A program made the translations under genes and the position numbers. This document shows positions 41,639-51,657 of a stretch of 64,000 nt of DNA, one piece after another. The notes under the pieces are model-generated. The model did no database searches. It was not told where the DNA came from and saw only the letters and a program-made list of their open reading frames with translations. The DNA comes from Vulcanimicrobiota bacterium (lineage in GTDB: Bacteria; Vulcanimicrobiota; Vulcanimicrobiia; Vulcanimicrobiales; Vulcanimicrobiaceae): the NCBI GenBank assembly GCA_963777315.1, contig CAVZQC010000004.1, positions 480,001 through 544,000 on the forward strand. The letters run 5' to 3'. Positions within the stretch are counted from its first letter, which is position 1. Each line of letters starts with the position of its first letter.

Positions 41639-42027
41639 AGCCGTTCTCCGGCTGTTTCCGGACCGGTGTACGTGCCTCGCTCGAGCAGCTCCCCGAGCGC
41701 CCATTGCATTTCCGCCTCCGAAGCCGACTTGAAAAGTACGCCGTCGGCCCCTGCGTAGCGGCACGCCGCCGGCCATTCCGCGTTCGCGTTGCCCGTGTAA
41801 ACGCAGATCAGACTTTCCGGCAGCACGGTACGCATGGTTCCGATCGTCGCTATCGGATCGTAAGCCAAATAGTCGATATCGACGAAGAGCAGCTTCGGCT
41901 GGATTCGTACCAGATCCGAAACGTCCACGGCCGGCGAAACCTGGACCACGGTTACGCCGGCGCGTTCGACCGTTTCCAGCAGAGCCGGAACGAAGAGCTC
42001 CTGCGGCTCAATCAAATAGGCGCGCAT
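41635..42027 (-). CDS. Stand-alone atypical receiver domain protein (paralog of 37701-38096)
   Basis: LIEPQELF...PKLLFVDID...VYT...EW..AC..GADGVLFK; directly downstream of wzc. Confidence 0.8.
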   Translation of the reverse strand: MRAYLIEPQELFVPALLETVERAGVTVVQVSPAVDVSDLVRIQPKLLFVDIDYLAYDPIATIGTMRTVLPESLICVYTGNANAEWPAACRYAGADGVLFKSASEAEMQWALGELLERGTYTGPETAGERL

Positions 42028-42065
42028 GCGGCTTCACCCTTACCATGGCCGTGGGCGCATGATTG

Positions 42066-44240
42066 CTACTCCCCGGCCACGGGCAGCTGCATCGACGTTC
42101 CCGGCTCGGAGGTCAGGTAGTAGTCCGAGTAGTCTTCGCGGCGAGGGTCGACGCGGTTCATCACAAACCCAAGCGTGTTCTTCACACCGACGCTTTCGAG
42201 CCGGCGCAGTGCGCGCTTGGCCATGCGCAAGTCCGTGATTCCGGACGCTACGACCATGACCGAGCCGTCCGTCTTTCTGCCGATTACCGCGGAATCCAAC
42301 GTCGCGCTTAGCGCCGGACCGTCGAACACGACGAAGCGGTACTTCTCGAGCGCGTGCTCCATGAGTTCTTCCAACCGCCTGGATTGCAGCAGTTTGAGCG
42401 GATTGGGCGCAGGCAATCCCGCCGACAGCAGGTCCAAGCCGGCGTACTTGGTGCGCTGGACGACTTCATCCAACCGTTTCGTTCCGACGAGCACATCCGA
42501 CAGGCCGTGCTCGTTGCGCGTGTGCAGTTTGGTGTGCAGCGAAGAACGGCGCATGTCGGCGTCGACGACCAGCACGGGCGGATCGAACTCGGCCAAGGCA
42601 ATAGCCATGTTGAGCGCGATCGTCGATTTGCCTTCGCCCGGGCCTGCGCTCGTAATCGAAAACGTGCGCATGGGGAAGTCGGAAGCGTACCGCAGCGACG
42701 TTACCAACTGCAGGAACGATTCGACGCTGAGTGTGCGCACCCATGGGAGAGCTTGGGCTCCCGGCTTGAGCATTGGAATCGAGGCCAGCGCCGGAAGACC
42801 GAGTTCACGCTCGGCTTCGGCTTGGTCTTTGATGCGGATGTCGAAGAACTCTACGACGAACGCAGCGGTGACGGCCAGCACGGCGCCGAGCACGATGGCG
42901 ATGAGCAGGTTGAGCAGCAAGTCAGGACGCTTGGCGGCAAACATCGGATTTGCTGCCTGCGTCACCGTCACGTCGCTGAGCGCGGTTTCCTTTGCGACGA
43001 CGGCGTTGTCGTAGCGCTGCTGCAGAGCAGTATACACGTCTTGCGTTGAAGTTGCCTGGCGCTGCAGATCGGCCATCTGCGAGGCTTGACCCGGCAGGCG
43101 CTGCAGCGTCGGCATCAAGGCCGCGCGTTCGTGTTGAAGCGCGGCAACCTGCGCGTCCGAGGAAGAGGCTTGCGCTTGATACTGCGCCGCTTGCTGCTGC
43201 AGCTGATCGTACGTCGGGTTGCGCACGGTATTCGTGTTGGAAACGACGGTCTGCGGCGTCGAAGCGATTTGACGCTGCAGCTGCTGCTGCTGGTTCTTTA
43301 GAGCGATGACGCCGGGATATTGGTCCGTGTACTGCCGGCGCGCCGTGGCGAGCTGAACGTCGATCTGCGAGAGTTGCTGCTGCAATTGAGCGAGCACCGG
43401 ATTGACGGCAACCGTATTGCCCCCGTTGATCATCGGTGCCAGGCTGCCCATCTGCGCGCGCACGCTGTTGAGCGAGGCCTGCGCTTGCTGTTTGTCGACC
43501 TGCACGCCCGCTATCTTGGTGTCGATGGCGGCCAACTGCGTGATGATGGACTGCGTTTGCGCACCGATGTCGGCGATGGCATGCGACGTTTGATAATGCG
43601 CGAGCGCGTTTTGCGCTTTCTCCATGCGCGCTTGCGCTTGCGGCAGCGCTTGATTGAGAAACGTGATCGCGCTGCTGGCCTGGCTCGCGATCAGCTCGCG
43701 CTGGCGGGCCACGATGACGTTGGCGAGATCGTTGGCGATTTTCGCCGACATTTGGGGCGACGACCACGCCACCGAGAGCGTTAGTATCGGCGTGTTCGTT
43801 ATCGGCCGCACGGTCATCGCTTTGAGGACCTTGTTGGGGCCGACGTGCAAATTGAGGTCGCTGATCACCTGATTGGCAACCGGGTACTCCTGGAACAGCT
43901 CCGCATACGTCTCCGAGGTTTGCACGCCGCCGTTGGCCATGAGGGCGTTGAGCACGGGCAGCGAACTGTTGGCGCCGGGCTGACCCGAGCCCAGGGTGGC
44001 ATTCGGATTGCCGGCGATCAGTTTGGTCTGCGTCGTATAGGTCTTGGGCCAGATCAGCGTAAGGATCACTACCAGGCCGACGAGCACGCCGAAGACGGCG
44101 TACATGACCTTGCGGCGCCGCCACAGCGTGCGCAAAAGGTTGTGCAGATCCGACGGCTGCTTTTCTTCAGCGATCGGAAGGGGCGCCGCCCCGGTCAACG
44201 CCGGAGTCTGTCCGTCAGCTCCAGCTGGCAAATCGTACAT
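42066..44240 (-). CDS. wzc: Wzc-type polysaccharide co-polymerase / BY tyrosine kinase
   Basis: Two TM helices flanking a coiled coil, Walker A GPGEGKST, VDADMRR, Tyr cluster DYSDYY. Confidence 0.92.
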   Translation of the reverse strand: MYDLPAGADGQTPALTGAAPLPIAEEKQPSDLHNLLRTLWRRRKVMYAVFGVLVGLVVILTLIWPKTYTTQTKLIAGNPNATLGSGQPGANSSLPVLNALMANGGVQTSETYAELFQEYPVANQVISDLNLHVGPNKVLKAMTVRPITNTPILTLSVAWSSPQMSAKIANDLANVIVARQRELIASQASSAITFLNQALPQAQARMEKAQNALAHYQTSHAIADIGAQTQSIITQLAAIDTKIAGVQVDKQQAQASLNSVRAQMGSLAPMINGGNTVAVNPVLAQLQQQLSQIDVQLATARRQYTDQYPGVIALKNQQQQLQRQIASTPQTVVSNTNTVRNPTYDQLQQQAAQYQAQASSSDAQVAALQHERAALMPTLQRLPGQASQMADLQRQATSTQDVYTALQQRYDNAVVAKETALSDVTVTQAANPMFAAKRPDLLLNLLIAIVLGAVLAVTAAFVVEFFDIRIKDQAEAERELGLPALASIPMLKPGAQALPWVRTLSVESFLQLVTSLRYASDFPMRTFSITSAGPGEGKSTIALNMAIALAEFDPPVLVVDADMRRSSLHTKLHTRNEHGLSDVLVGTKRLDEVVQRTKYAGLDLLSAGLPAPNPLKLLQSRRLEELMEHALEKYRFVVFDGPALSATLDSAVIGRKTDGSVMVVASGITDLRMAKRALRRLESVGVKNTLGFVMNRVDPRREDYSDYYLTSEPGTSMQLPVAGE

Positions 44241-44281
44241 GTGATCCTCGTCTCATCCTTGTTTTTCGGTAATGACCCGCG

Positions 44282-45190
44282 CTACGGAATAAACAATCTT
44301 CCGAGTTGCGTCAGGAAGTACAGCATCCCGCTGCCGGTAGTGGTGTTCAGGCCCTTCTTGGCCTGAGGTACGTAAACGACGTCGCCCTTTTGCAATTTCA
44401 GATCGGCTTGCGGCTGCGACTGCTCCAACGCCTTATACAGATTCACGTTATAGACGGTGCTGCCGCCCCCGGGAAGCTGCCGTACGACGCGGATGCTGTT
44501 CAAATCCGCATTGGAGTTCGCCGAATTGCCGGCCTTTGCAATCGCCGTGGACAGCCTGTCGCCGTCGTTGACTTGAATTTCGCCCGGATGATCCACGGCG
44601 CCGATGACCTCGACGTTCATGGTTTGCGGTCCGGGGATGTAGACGACGGCGCCTTCGGAAAGCGGAACGTCGGCGGAAACGTCGCCGTCATGCAGCAGCT
44701 TCTGCATCGACACCTGCGAAACGGTTCCGTTCGCCCACGCGATTCGCGCGTCGGGCAAAGGACCGTCAGTGGTTCCCAAGCCGCCGGCCGCAGCGAGCGC
44801 GTCCGAAAGTTTTGCGTCGGCGCGAACCTGATATTTGCCGGGGTTCTTTACGTTGCCCAGCACCAGCACCGTGGGCTGAGCCATCGTCACGACGGCGATC
44901 GTCACGATTGGATCGCGCAAATACTTGCGCAGCTTATCGCGTATGTCTTGACCTGCCGACGTCGGCGTTTTGCCGGCGATGGCTACGCGCCCGATCAGCG
45001 GATAATCGATGGTGCCGTCACCGAGCACGGTGACGTTCTGACTGAGCGTCTGCTCTCCATACACTTGAACGCTCAACTGATCCCCGGGATGGATTTGGTA
45101 CGCCGACGGCATTGGAGCAGCCGCCAGCGCACCGGCTGGAACGATGGCCGTAAAAGCGGCGGCGAAGAGTGTTTTCGGCAGTCTACTCAT
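44282..45190 (-). CDS. wza: Polysaccharide export protein (Wza-like, Poly_export + SLBB domains)
   Basis: YQIHPGDQLSVQV, DGTIDYPLIG, VLGNVKNPGKY, LQKGDVVYVP; signal peptide. Confidence 0.88.
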   Translation of the reverse strand: MSRLPKTLFAAAFTAIVPAGALAAAPMPSAYQIHPGDQLSVQVYGEQTLSQNVTVLGDGTIDYPLIGRVAIAGKTPTSAGQDIRDKLRKYLRDPIVTIAVVTMAQPTVLVLGNVKNPGKYQVRADAKLSDALAAAGGLGTTDGPLPDARIAWANGTVSQVSMQKLLHDGDVSADVPLSEGAVVYIPGPQTMNVEVIGAVDHPGEIQVNDGDRLSTAIAKAGNSANSNADLNSIRVVRQLPGGGSTVYNVNLYKALEQSQPQADLKLQKGDVVYVPQAKKGLNTTTGSGMLYFLTQLGRLFIP

Positions 45191-45434
45191 GGGCAGAGTC
45201 CTTTTTCAAAATGCGCGTACCGGGCGAGCATACTGGCATCATAACGGATTAGCGGCAGGTATCGAGAGAACGGTTTATCCCCATCGGAACGGCAAGAAGG
45301 CCGCTCGTGAGCCCCTCTATTGACCCGATGGACCTACGGCAAACGCGACCAGGCCCTCTCTACCCACGAGAGACTCTCCCGAACGTGCTAGGCGTACCTT
45401 TGGCGCTCCGCTGCGGTCTGCTACAATGCGTGGC

Positions 45435-45986
45435 ATGGGAACACGTTCGCAGCGCACGGTTGCTCTAATCGTTCTGCTTGGCGCAGTATTGGTCGCCGGA
45501 CTCTATCCCCGTTCGCCGTTGCGCGTGTTTATCCATCGCGCTCGCGTACATATGTTCACGCCGCCGGTCGCGATCGGTGCGCCGTCGCGTCCATTACCCG
45601 TTTTGGCCCTGGACGGCTCGCCTGCGACCATTGCGGCACGCGGAAAGCCGCTCGTTTTGCAAGTCTTCACGACCTGGTGTCCCAGCTGCCGTCAAGATGT
45701 CGCCGTCATGCGGCAGGCGCAGCAAACGCTGCGCGCGCGCGGCGTCGAACTGGTGGCGGTCGATCAGCAGGAAAACGTCGGCGTCGTCGCCGCGTTTGCC
45801 AAAGCGAACGCCATCGATTATCCGGTGTACGTCGACGACCGCGCCACCAGTCAAGAAGTGTACGGCGTTCACATGCTGCCGACGCTGCTGTTTTTCGATC
45901 AGCGCGGCATCCTGCGCGCGAAGGTAGAAGGGCCGATGGCTACCGCGGAGTTGCTTTCGATGGCACGGCGCAATATCGGCGGCTAG
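45435..45986 (+). CDS. TlpA/ResA-like thioredoxin-fold protein
   Basis: N-terminal TM, WCPSC, PTLLFFD..G; alternative start at 45426. Confidence 0.85.
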   Translation: MGTRSQRTVALIVLLGAVLVAGLYPRSPLRVFIHRARVHMFTPPVAIGAPSRPLPVLALDGSPATIAARGKPLVLQVFTTWCPSCRQDVAVMRQAQQTLRARGVELVAVDQQENVGVVAAFAKANAIDYPVYVDDRATSQEVYGVHMLPTLLFFDQRGILRAKVEGPMATAELLSMARRNIGG

Positions 45987-45995
45987 CCTGGCGCG

Positions 45996-47357
45996 TTATG
46001 CGGACCGGGGCATTACGAGCTGAAATACTCTGGCGAAGGTGGTTTCGGCCAGTACTCGATAGTGCCGCAGATCCGCGCGCGTAACTATGAAAATCAACCG
46101 CGGGTCGATGCCGGTCCGCCTGCAAAACAGTACGACCATGATGGCAAAGCTGACGATGTACGATACCGACGTACCCATCGCGCCTGCCACGATTCCCAAG
46201 TGCCTGACGAGCAGCAGCGTAATGACGGCGCAAACCACCGTTGAAATGCTGCCGATTATCGTCATGACCGTGGGGCGACCCATCTGCAGAATGAAGAACT
46301 GACCGAAGAACGGCACCGCGCAGTAGGCTATGATTCCCGGAAGGATCCAGCGCAGCGCGATGCCGGAGGCCTCGAATTTGGGTCCGTAGACGGCGTGCAG
46401 CAAAGGCGGCCCGATGAAAAACAGCACGGCACAGCACACCGTCACTGCCAAGAGCGCGTGTTTGAGACAGACCGCCGTAACGTAAGCCGCCTCCGATTTC
46501 GTTCCGGATGACACCTTGCCCAACGACGAAGAGGCAAGCGGCCTGCTGATGAACCACATGAGCTGCCCAATGGCTACGGCAACCGAATATATGCCGGCGG
46601 ACTTGGCTCCCAACACGTACAGAATGATGAAGATATCCACCTGGAAGTTCAACGACCACACCATTTGGTTGAGCCCGGCTCGCATTGCGAACGTCACCTG
46701 CCGCCAAAACAAGCGTTTCAGGTCTATCGAGGGATCCGTGCGGCGCGCGTACCTGCGCACGTTGGCCGAAGAGAAGAACATCGTTAGGACTTGCGGGATT
46801 ATCCAGCCTGCAAACACGAGATCGATGCGATCGCGAAAGAGAAAGCATGCGATCGTCACGGCGATAGCCTGCGAGGCGGCAATTGCCAAACCCTGAACGT
46901 TTTGCCAGCGAACGCTTCCGTCCGACAAGAAGAATGCCAGCGTCAACTGGTTGAAATAGCTGAACGGAAAAATCGCCCCGGCGGCAACGAGCGGCACCTC
47001 GTGACGCACTAGACCTGCAATTACTACGCCGAGCGAAACCGGGAGGACGAGCACGTAGAAATACGCCATCATCACTTTGAAAACCGCGCCCGGCGCAGTC
47101 TTTAAGCGTCCATATTGCCACGATATTGCGGCTGATTGGCCGCTTGCCAGCGCAATGAGGATTCCGCCGGCGGCGGTGGAGTACGCGAAGAGTCCCTTGC
47201 CGCTCGGCCCGAGAAGCCGCGCGATGGCAATTCCCATGCCCGCCGCTGCCGCTTGCGCGAGTACGCGGAAAATGAACGTTTCGAGACTTTTTCCGGAGAG
47301 CTCGCGGGCGAGTGAGGGCTCACCGGCCGCCGGCGGCGTTACGGTATTGGTTTCCAC
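45996..47357 (-). CDS. Wzx-like polysaccharide flippase
   Basis: IARLLGPSGKG, AGIYSVA, LGIVAGA; about 12 TM segments. Confidence 0.87.
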   Translation of the reverse strand: METNTVTPPAAGEPSLARELSGKSLETFIFRVLAQAAAAGMGIAIARLLGPSGKGLFAYSTAAGGILIALASGQSAAISWQYGRLKTAPGAVFKVMMAYFYVLVLPVSLGVVIAGLVRHEVPLVAAGAIFPFSYFNQLTLAFFLSDGSVRWQNVQGLAIAASQAIAVTIACFLFRDRIDLVFAGWIIPQVLTMFFSSANVRRYARRTDPSIDLKRLFWRQVTFAMRAGLNQMVWSLNFQVDIFIILYVLGAKSAGIYSVAVAIGQLMWFISRPLASSSLGKVSSGTKSEAAYVTAVCLKHALLAVTVCCAVLFFIGPPLLHAVYGPKFEASGIALRWILPGIIAYCAVPFFGQFFILQMGRPTVMTIIGSISTVVCAVITLLLVRHLGIVAGAMGTSVSYIVSFAIMVVLFCRRTGIDPRLIFIVTRADLRHYRVLAETTFARVFQLVMPRSA

Positions 47358-47401
47358 TGAGCACCGACGATTCGTCCGGTCTGAGGCAACACCTCGGCGC
47401 G

Positions 47402-48916
47402 CTACCGCGCCCGGTGGAACAACACTTCAAAGCCGGTTTTGAACAGCAGCGAAATATCCATGAACAACGACCAGTTTTCGACATAGAACAGATCGTAGCT
47501 GAGTTTTTCGCCGATCTCCGCTTCTTCCAAGCGCCGCCGCATGTGAACCTGCGCGCAGCCCGTGATTCCGGGGCGCACCAAGTGACGCTCGTCGTAACGC
47601 GGTAAGTAGCGCCTGAACTCTTCGACGAATACCTGACGTTCCGGCCGCGGACCAACCAGCGACATCTCCCCACGCAGCACGTTGAACAGCTGAGGAAGCT
47701 CGTCCAAGCTCGTCATTCGCATGATCTTGCCGAAGCGCGTAACGCGGTTGTCGCCTTCGTGCGTCCAAATCGGGCCCGTCTCGTCCTCGGCATTGACGCG
47801 CATGGAACGAAACTTGTACATCTCGAACTCTTTGCCGCCGCGGCCGACGCGCTTTTGTTTGAACAGCACCGGTCCGGGCGATTCCAACCGGATCGCAAGC
47901 GCGCATGCCAGCATCAAGGGAGCGGCGATAATTACGGCGGCCGTACCGACGATCAAATCGCAAGTGCGCTTGCTGAATGCAGCCCAGTTTCCGCACGCGG
48001 GCACAGGCGCAGGCGAGAGCAGCACTTGGTGGCCGTCCGTGCGCAAGCTGAGCGAATAGGCGTGAGATACCAGGCGCGGCGGCGCGAACGCAATGCTGAA
48101 GTCGTAGCGCAACGCCGTTGCAAGCAGCGGCGGCAATACGGCCGGCGGAACGAATTCGGTGAGAATGAGCCGGTCGCAGCCCCATTCTATCGCATGCGTG
48201 AGCCATCCGACGTCGCGAACGGAAAATGTCCCGTGAGTGCGTACGCCCGACAAAGCGGCCGCGGGATTCTCGGATTCGATGCACAGGATCGGCACGTTCT
48301 CGGGAACCGCGAGCGACTGCGCGACCTCATCCATGTTCTGCCGGTTGCCGACGATGGCAACGCGTTCGGGAACGGCCGTCAATGCTTGAGTGCGTACGCG
48401 GTGCAGCACATAGCGCATGCCCGCCACCATGGGAATCGAAATCGCAGCCGACAGAACCAGTATCAGCCGCGAGGTCGACATCGCCGGTATCAGCGTGTAC
48501 AGACCCAGCTGCGGAACGATGCCGATGAACAGGGCGGCAACCGTGTAATAGAATTCGTCGCGCGGAGCGAACGCGAACGACGACCGGTACAGTCCCAGCC
48601 GTTCGAAAACCAGCAGCCAAACCAGAATGAATACGATCGAAGTGTGCGTAAAGACGTAGGCTGAAGCGTGCAGAGTGCCGGTGTGCTGCACGATCGAAAT
48701 CGCGAGCAGTGCCGACACAATGAACATCGACAAATCCGCGGCAGCGAGCGCGAGCGACCAAATGCGGGGATAATCGGCCGGACGCCGTTTTGGCCGAGCA
48801 GGAATAAACGAAGCGGTCGCCTGCATGGCGGGGCGTGCTCCGTCGGTGGTCCCACGTATGACGTTAGGACGCGCAGCAGTTGAGCTGTTGCGCTCGTCGG
48901 GAATTGTGGTTGCCAT
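47402..48916 (-). CDS. Priming polyprenyl-phosphate sugar phosphotransferase (WcaJ/WbaP type)
   Basis: KRTCD, FKQKRVG, YKFRSM, SLDELPQLFNVLRGEMSLVGPRP, RPGITG, DLFYVENWS. Confidence 0.94.
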   Translation of the reverse strand: MATTIPDERNSSTAARPNVIRGTTDGARPAMQATASFIPARPKRRPADYPRIWSLALAAADLSMFIVSALLAISIVQHTGTLHASAYVFTHTSIVFILVWLLVFERLGLYRSSFAFAPRDEFYYTVAALFIGIVPQLGLYTLIPAMSTSRLILVLSAAISIPMVAGMRYVLHRVRTQALTAVPERVAIVGNRQNMDEVAQSLAVPENVPILCIESENPAAALSGVRTHGTFSVRDVGWLTHAIEWGCDRLILTEFVPPAVLPPLLATALRYDFSIAFAPPRLVSHAYSLSLRTDGHQVLLSPAPVPACGNWAAFSKRTCDLIVGTAAVIIAAPLMLACALAIRLESPGPVLFKQKRVGRGGKEFEMYKFRSMRVNAEDETGPIWTHEGDNRVTRFGKIMRMTSLDELPQLFNVLRGEMSLVGPRPERQVFVEEFRRYLPRYDERHLVRPGITGCAQVHMRRRLEEAEIGEKLSYDLFYVENWSLFMDISLLFKTGFEVLFHRAR

Positions 48917-49049
48917 TGCGTTAAAGGTACGGCACGACACTATGTATCGAAAGTGCCGCCGGTCCTGCACGGGCCGCGCCCTCGAACCAAGCTTTTGGGG
49001 CAAGGTGGCCCAAGAGCGCGAACGCATAAAGAGCGTACCATTGCTTACG

Positions 49050-50309
49050 ATGGATTCGATCCGGGCTATTTCGGACGGTGCGCCCGCTCCCTTACGTCGC
49101 CGCGTACTTGTTATTTCGCACTACTTTCCGCCGGAGCGCGGTGCCGGAAGCCACCGCGTCAGCGCATTTTGCCGCAGACTGGTGGCGGAAGGTTACGACG
49201 TCGACGTGCTGACCAGCGTGCCGAGTTTCCCCAGCGGAACGGTGCCGTCGCGGTACCGCGGCAAATGGAACGTCAGCGAGCGCGACGCCGGCATTCGCGT
49301 TCGCATGCTGTGGGCGTATGCTTCGCCGCGCATGCGCTCCGTCGATCGGATGCTCAATCAGCTGTCCTTCGCATTCGTTGCATCGCTGGCAGCCTTGGTT
49401 ACGCGCACGAAATACGATCTGGTATGCGTCAGCTCGCCGCCGATCGTTTTGGGTATCCCGGCCCTGTTGACGTCGTATTTACGGAACGTACCGCTGGTAT
49501 TGGATGCCCGCGACGTTTGGCCGGACGCATTGGTCCGCATCGGTGAATGGGCGAAAGGCAGCCTGGTATGCCGTTCGATCGGCGCCTTGGCCGACGCGCT
49601 CTACCGGCGTGCGAGCCTCATCGTATGCGTTACCAACAGTTGCCGCAGCGAAATTCTCAGCCACGGCGTGGAGCCGTCCAAGGTGGTCGTGATTTCCAAT
49701 GGGTTCGACGACGTGCAGCCTGCCGTCGCGGAGCCGTTCGCGCGAAACGACGGCGAATTCATCGCCTCGTACGCGGGCAATTTAGGAATGGCCAACGGCA
49801 TTGACGTGATCGTGCACGCTGCAGCGCTGCTCAAAGAGGAGCCCTCGTTCCGTTTCATCATCGTCGGGGACGGCGCCGCGCGCAGAGAACTTGCCGCACT
49901 CATCGAGCGCGAAGGTCTGAGCAACGTCACCATGACGGGCGAGCTCTCCCGCGAAAGCACCCTGGCGGTTCAGCAGCACTCCGACGTCTGCATCGTCCCG
50001 CTGCGCCGGGGACTGCACGACAGCCTTCCGACGAAAATGATGGACGCCATGGCGTTGGGCCGCCCTATCCTCGTGTGCGCCGACGGCGAGGCGCGCGCGC
50101 TGGCGCAGGCGTCGGGCGGCGGCGTAGCCGTCGATCCCGAATCGCCCGAACAGCTCGTCAGCGCGTTGCGGGCGCTCGCAGCCAAGCCGGAAGCGCTGCA
50201 GGCGTACGGGCGCGACGGACAGCGCTACGTGCGCCTGCGGTTCGATCGCTCCAAACTGGCAGCCCAGTTTTGCACTTCAGTACGCGGAGTGCTGCTGAAC
50301 CACACTTAG
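49050..50309 (+). CDS. Glycosyltransferase family 4 (WbuB-like)
   Basis: SHYFPPE, SSPP, DARDVWPD, YAGNLG, PTKMMDAMALGRP. Confidence 0.9.
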   Translation: MDSIRAISDGAPAPLRRRVLVISHYFPPERGAGSHRVSAFCRRLVAEGYDVDVLTSVPSFPSGTVPSRYRGKWNVSERDAGIRVRMLWAYASPRMRSVDRMLNQLSFAFVASLAALVTRTKYDLVCVSSPPIVLGIPALLTSYLRNVPLVLDARDVWPDALVRIGEWAKGSLVCRSIGALADALYRRASLIVCVTNSCRSEILSHGVEPSKVVVISNGFDDVQPAVAEPFARNDGEFIASYAGNLGMANGIDVIVHAAALLKEEPSFRFIIVGDGAARRELAALIEREGLSNVTMTGELSRESTLAVQQHSDVCIVPLRRGLHDSLPTKMMDAMALGRPILVCADGEARALAQASGGGVAVDPESPEQLVSALRALAAKPEALQAYGRDGQRYVRLRFDRSKLAAQFCTSVRGVLLNHT

Positions 50310-51523
50310 GCGCGCTTTGGCTCCGGCACCGAAGACGCAGTATGCGCGACCATCAGCGAAACAAGCCTGTCTACGTTGATGGCAAGATTATAATCGGCAG
50401 CCACGCGGCGCCGCCCGTGCGCACCCGTATCTTGGGCGAACTGCGGGTTGCGCGCAAGCTCCAGCAGCGCGTGCGCGACCCCATCGACATCGCCGCACGG
50501 CACCAGCAGGCCTTCTCCTTCTCCAATTAACTCCGGGACGGATCCGGAACGCGTTGCAACGCACGGAACTCCTGCCGCCATTGCCTCCATCAAGCTCACG
50601 GGCACGCCTTCCATCGTCGTTCCGGTTTCTATGCTGCATAGCACCACCGCGTTGTACGAGCCGCTGCGCAGATCCGCCAAAAGGCGCTCGTGCGCAATGA
50701 AACCCGCGAAGTCCACCGCACCGCTCAAGCCCAAACTCAAAGCGCGGTCTTGAAGCGTTGAAAGCAGAGGGCCTTCGCCGGCGCATACGCACAAAAATTC
50801 CAGGCCGTTTTCGCGCAGCATAGCTAAAGCGCGCAGCAGCGTTTCGTGGCCTTTTACCGCCACGAGCGATGCCGGACAAAGGATTCGAAACGTGCCGCGC
50901 GAGGAAATACGCGCAGTCGTTTTCGGAAGTTCTGCCCCCAACCGAACGCAATGGACTTTGGCGCTCAAGGATTGCGGCAATACCGCTTGCAGATCGCGCG
51001 TGCCGCGCAGGGATATCGTGCGAATGAACCCGGCCTCGCGAGCTTTCTCCGTTCGAAAATTGTCCTCGTATATATCCCAGCGATGGGCCGTCGCGCTCCA
51101 CGGGATGCCGTTGAGCCGGCCGACAATCATCGCTATGGTCGCCGGAGTCGAAAGCCAATACGCGTGCACGTGATCGACGCCCAGACGTTTAAACCGCTGC
51201 GCCAGCGCAAGCGCCTTGGGGAAGGCCATCAAATTCTTCAATCGGACGGACCATTGCCCCGCGCTGCAAATCAGGACCAAGATTTTCAAACACTCGCGCC
51301 ACGAACGCGACCACGTGCGCGCCGCATCGGCCAGAACTGCCGCGGAAAACAGCGGCTGCGCTGCAACGGTGGCGTGTTTGACGGTGTAGAATATGCGTCC
51401 CGAGCCGTTTACCGGTGCAATCACGAGTCCGCAGCGATGCGCTAAATGCTCCGCTTCCTCGGTGAAAAACGCCTCGGCGCTTCTCGAGCAGGGGAACTTA
51501 GAAGTGATTACAGCCAGACGCAC
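50306..51523 (-). CDS. Glycosyltransferase family 4 (WcaL-like)
   Basis: HVHAYW, SATAH..DIY, VKGH, EGVPVSLMEAMAAG (EX7E). Confidence 0.9.
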   Translation of the reverse strand: MRLAVITSKFPCSRSAEAFFTEEAEHLAHRCGLVIAPVNGSGRIFYTVKHATVAAQPLFSAAVLADAARTWSRSWRECLKILVLICSAGQWSVRLKNLMAFPKALALAQRFKRLGVDHVHAYWLSTPATIAMIVGRLNGIPWSATAHRWDIYEDNFRTEKAREAGFIRTISLRGTRDLQAVLPQSLSAKVHCVRLGAELPKTTARISSRGTFRILCPASLVAVKGHETLLRALAMLRENGLEFLCVCAGEGPLLSTLQDRALSLGLSGAVDFAGFIAHERLLADLRSGSYNAVVLCSIETGTTMEGVPVSLMEAMAAGVPCVATRSGSVPELIGEGEGLLVPCGDVDGVAHALLELARNPQFAQDTGAHGRRRVAADYNLAINVDRLVSLMVAHTASSVPEPKRA

Positions 51524-51657
51524 TGGACGTTGTGGTTACCTGGTCGAGCGGCCGTATGCCTGCAATCGGCCGCAGACAGGGAGTGGCGCGGTATGCGTAT
51601 CAATCGGCACGAAGTATCGTTCCAAAATAAAGCTCATTCCGTGAAAGCGAGGCGCGC

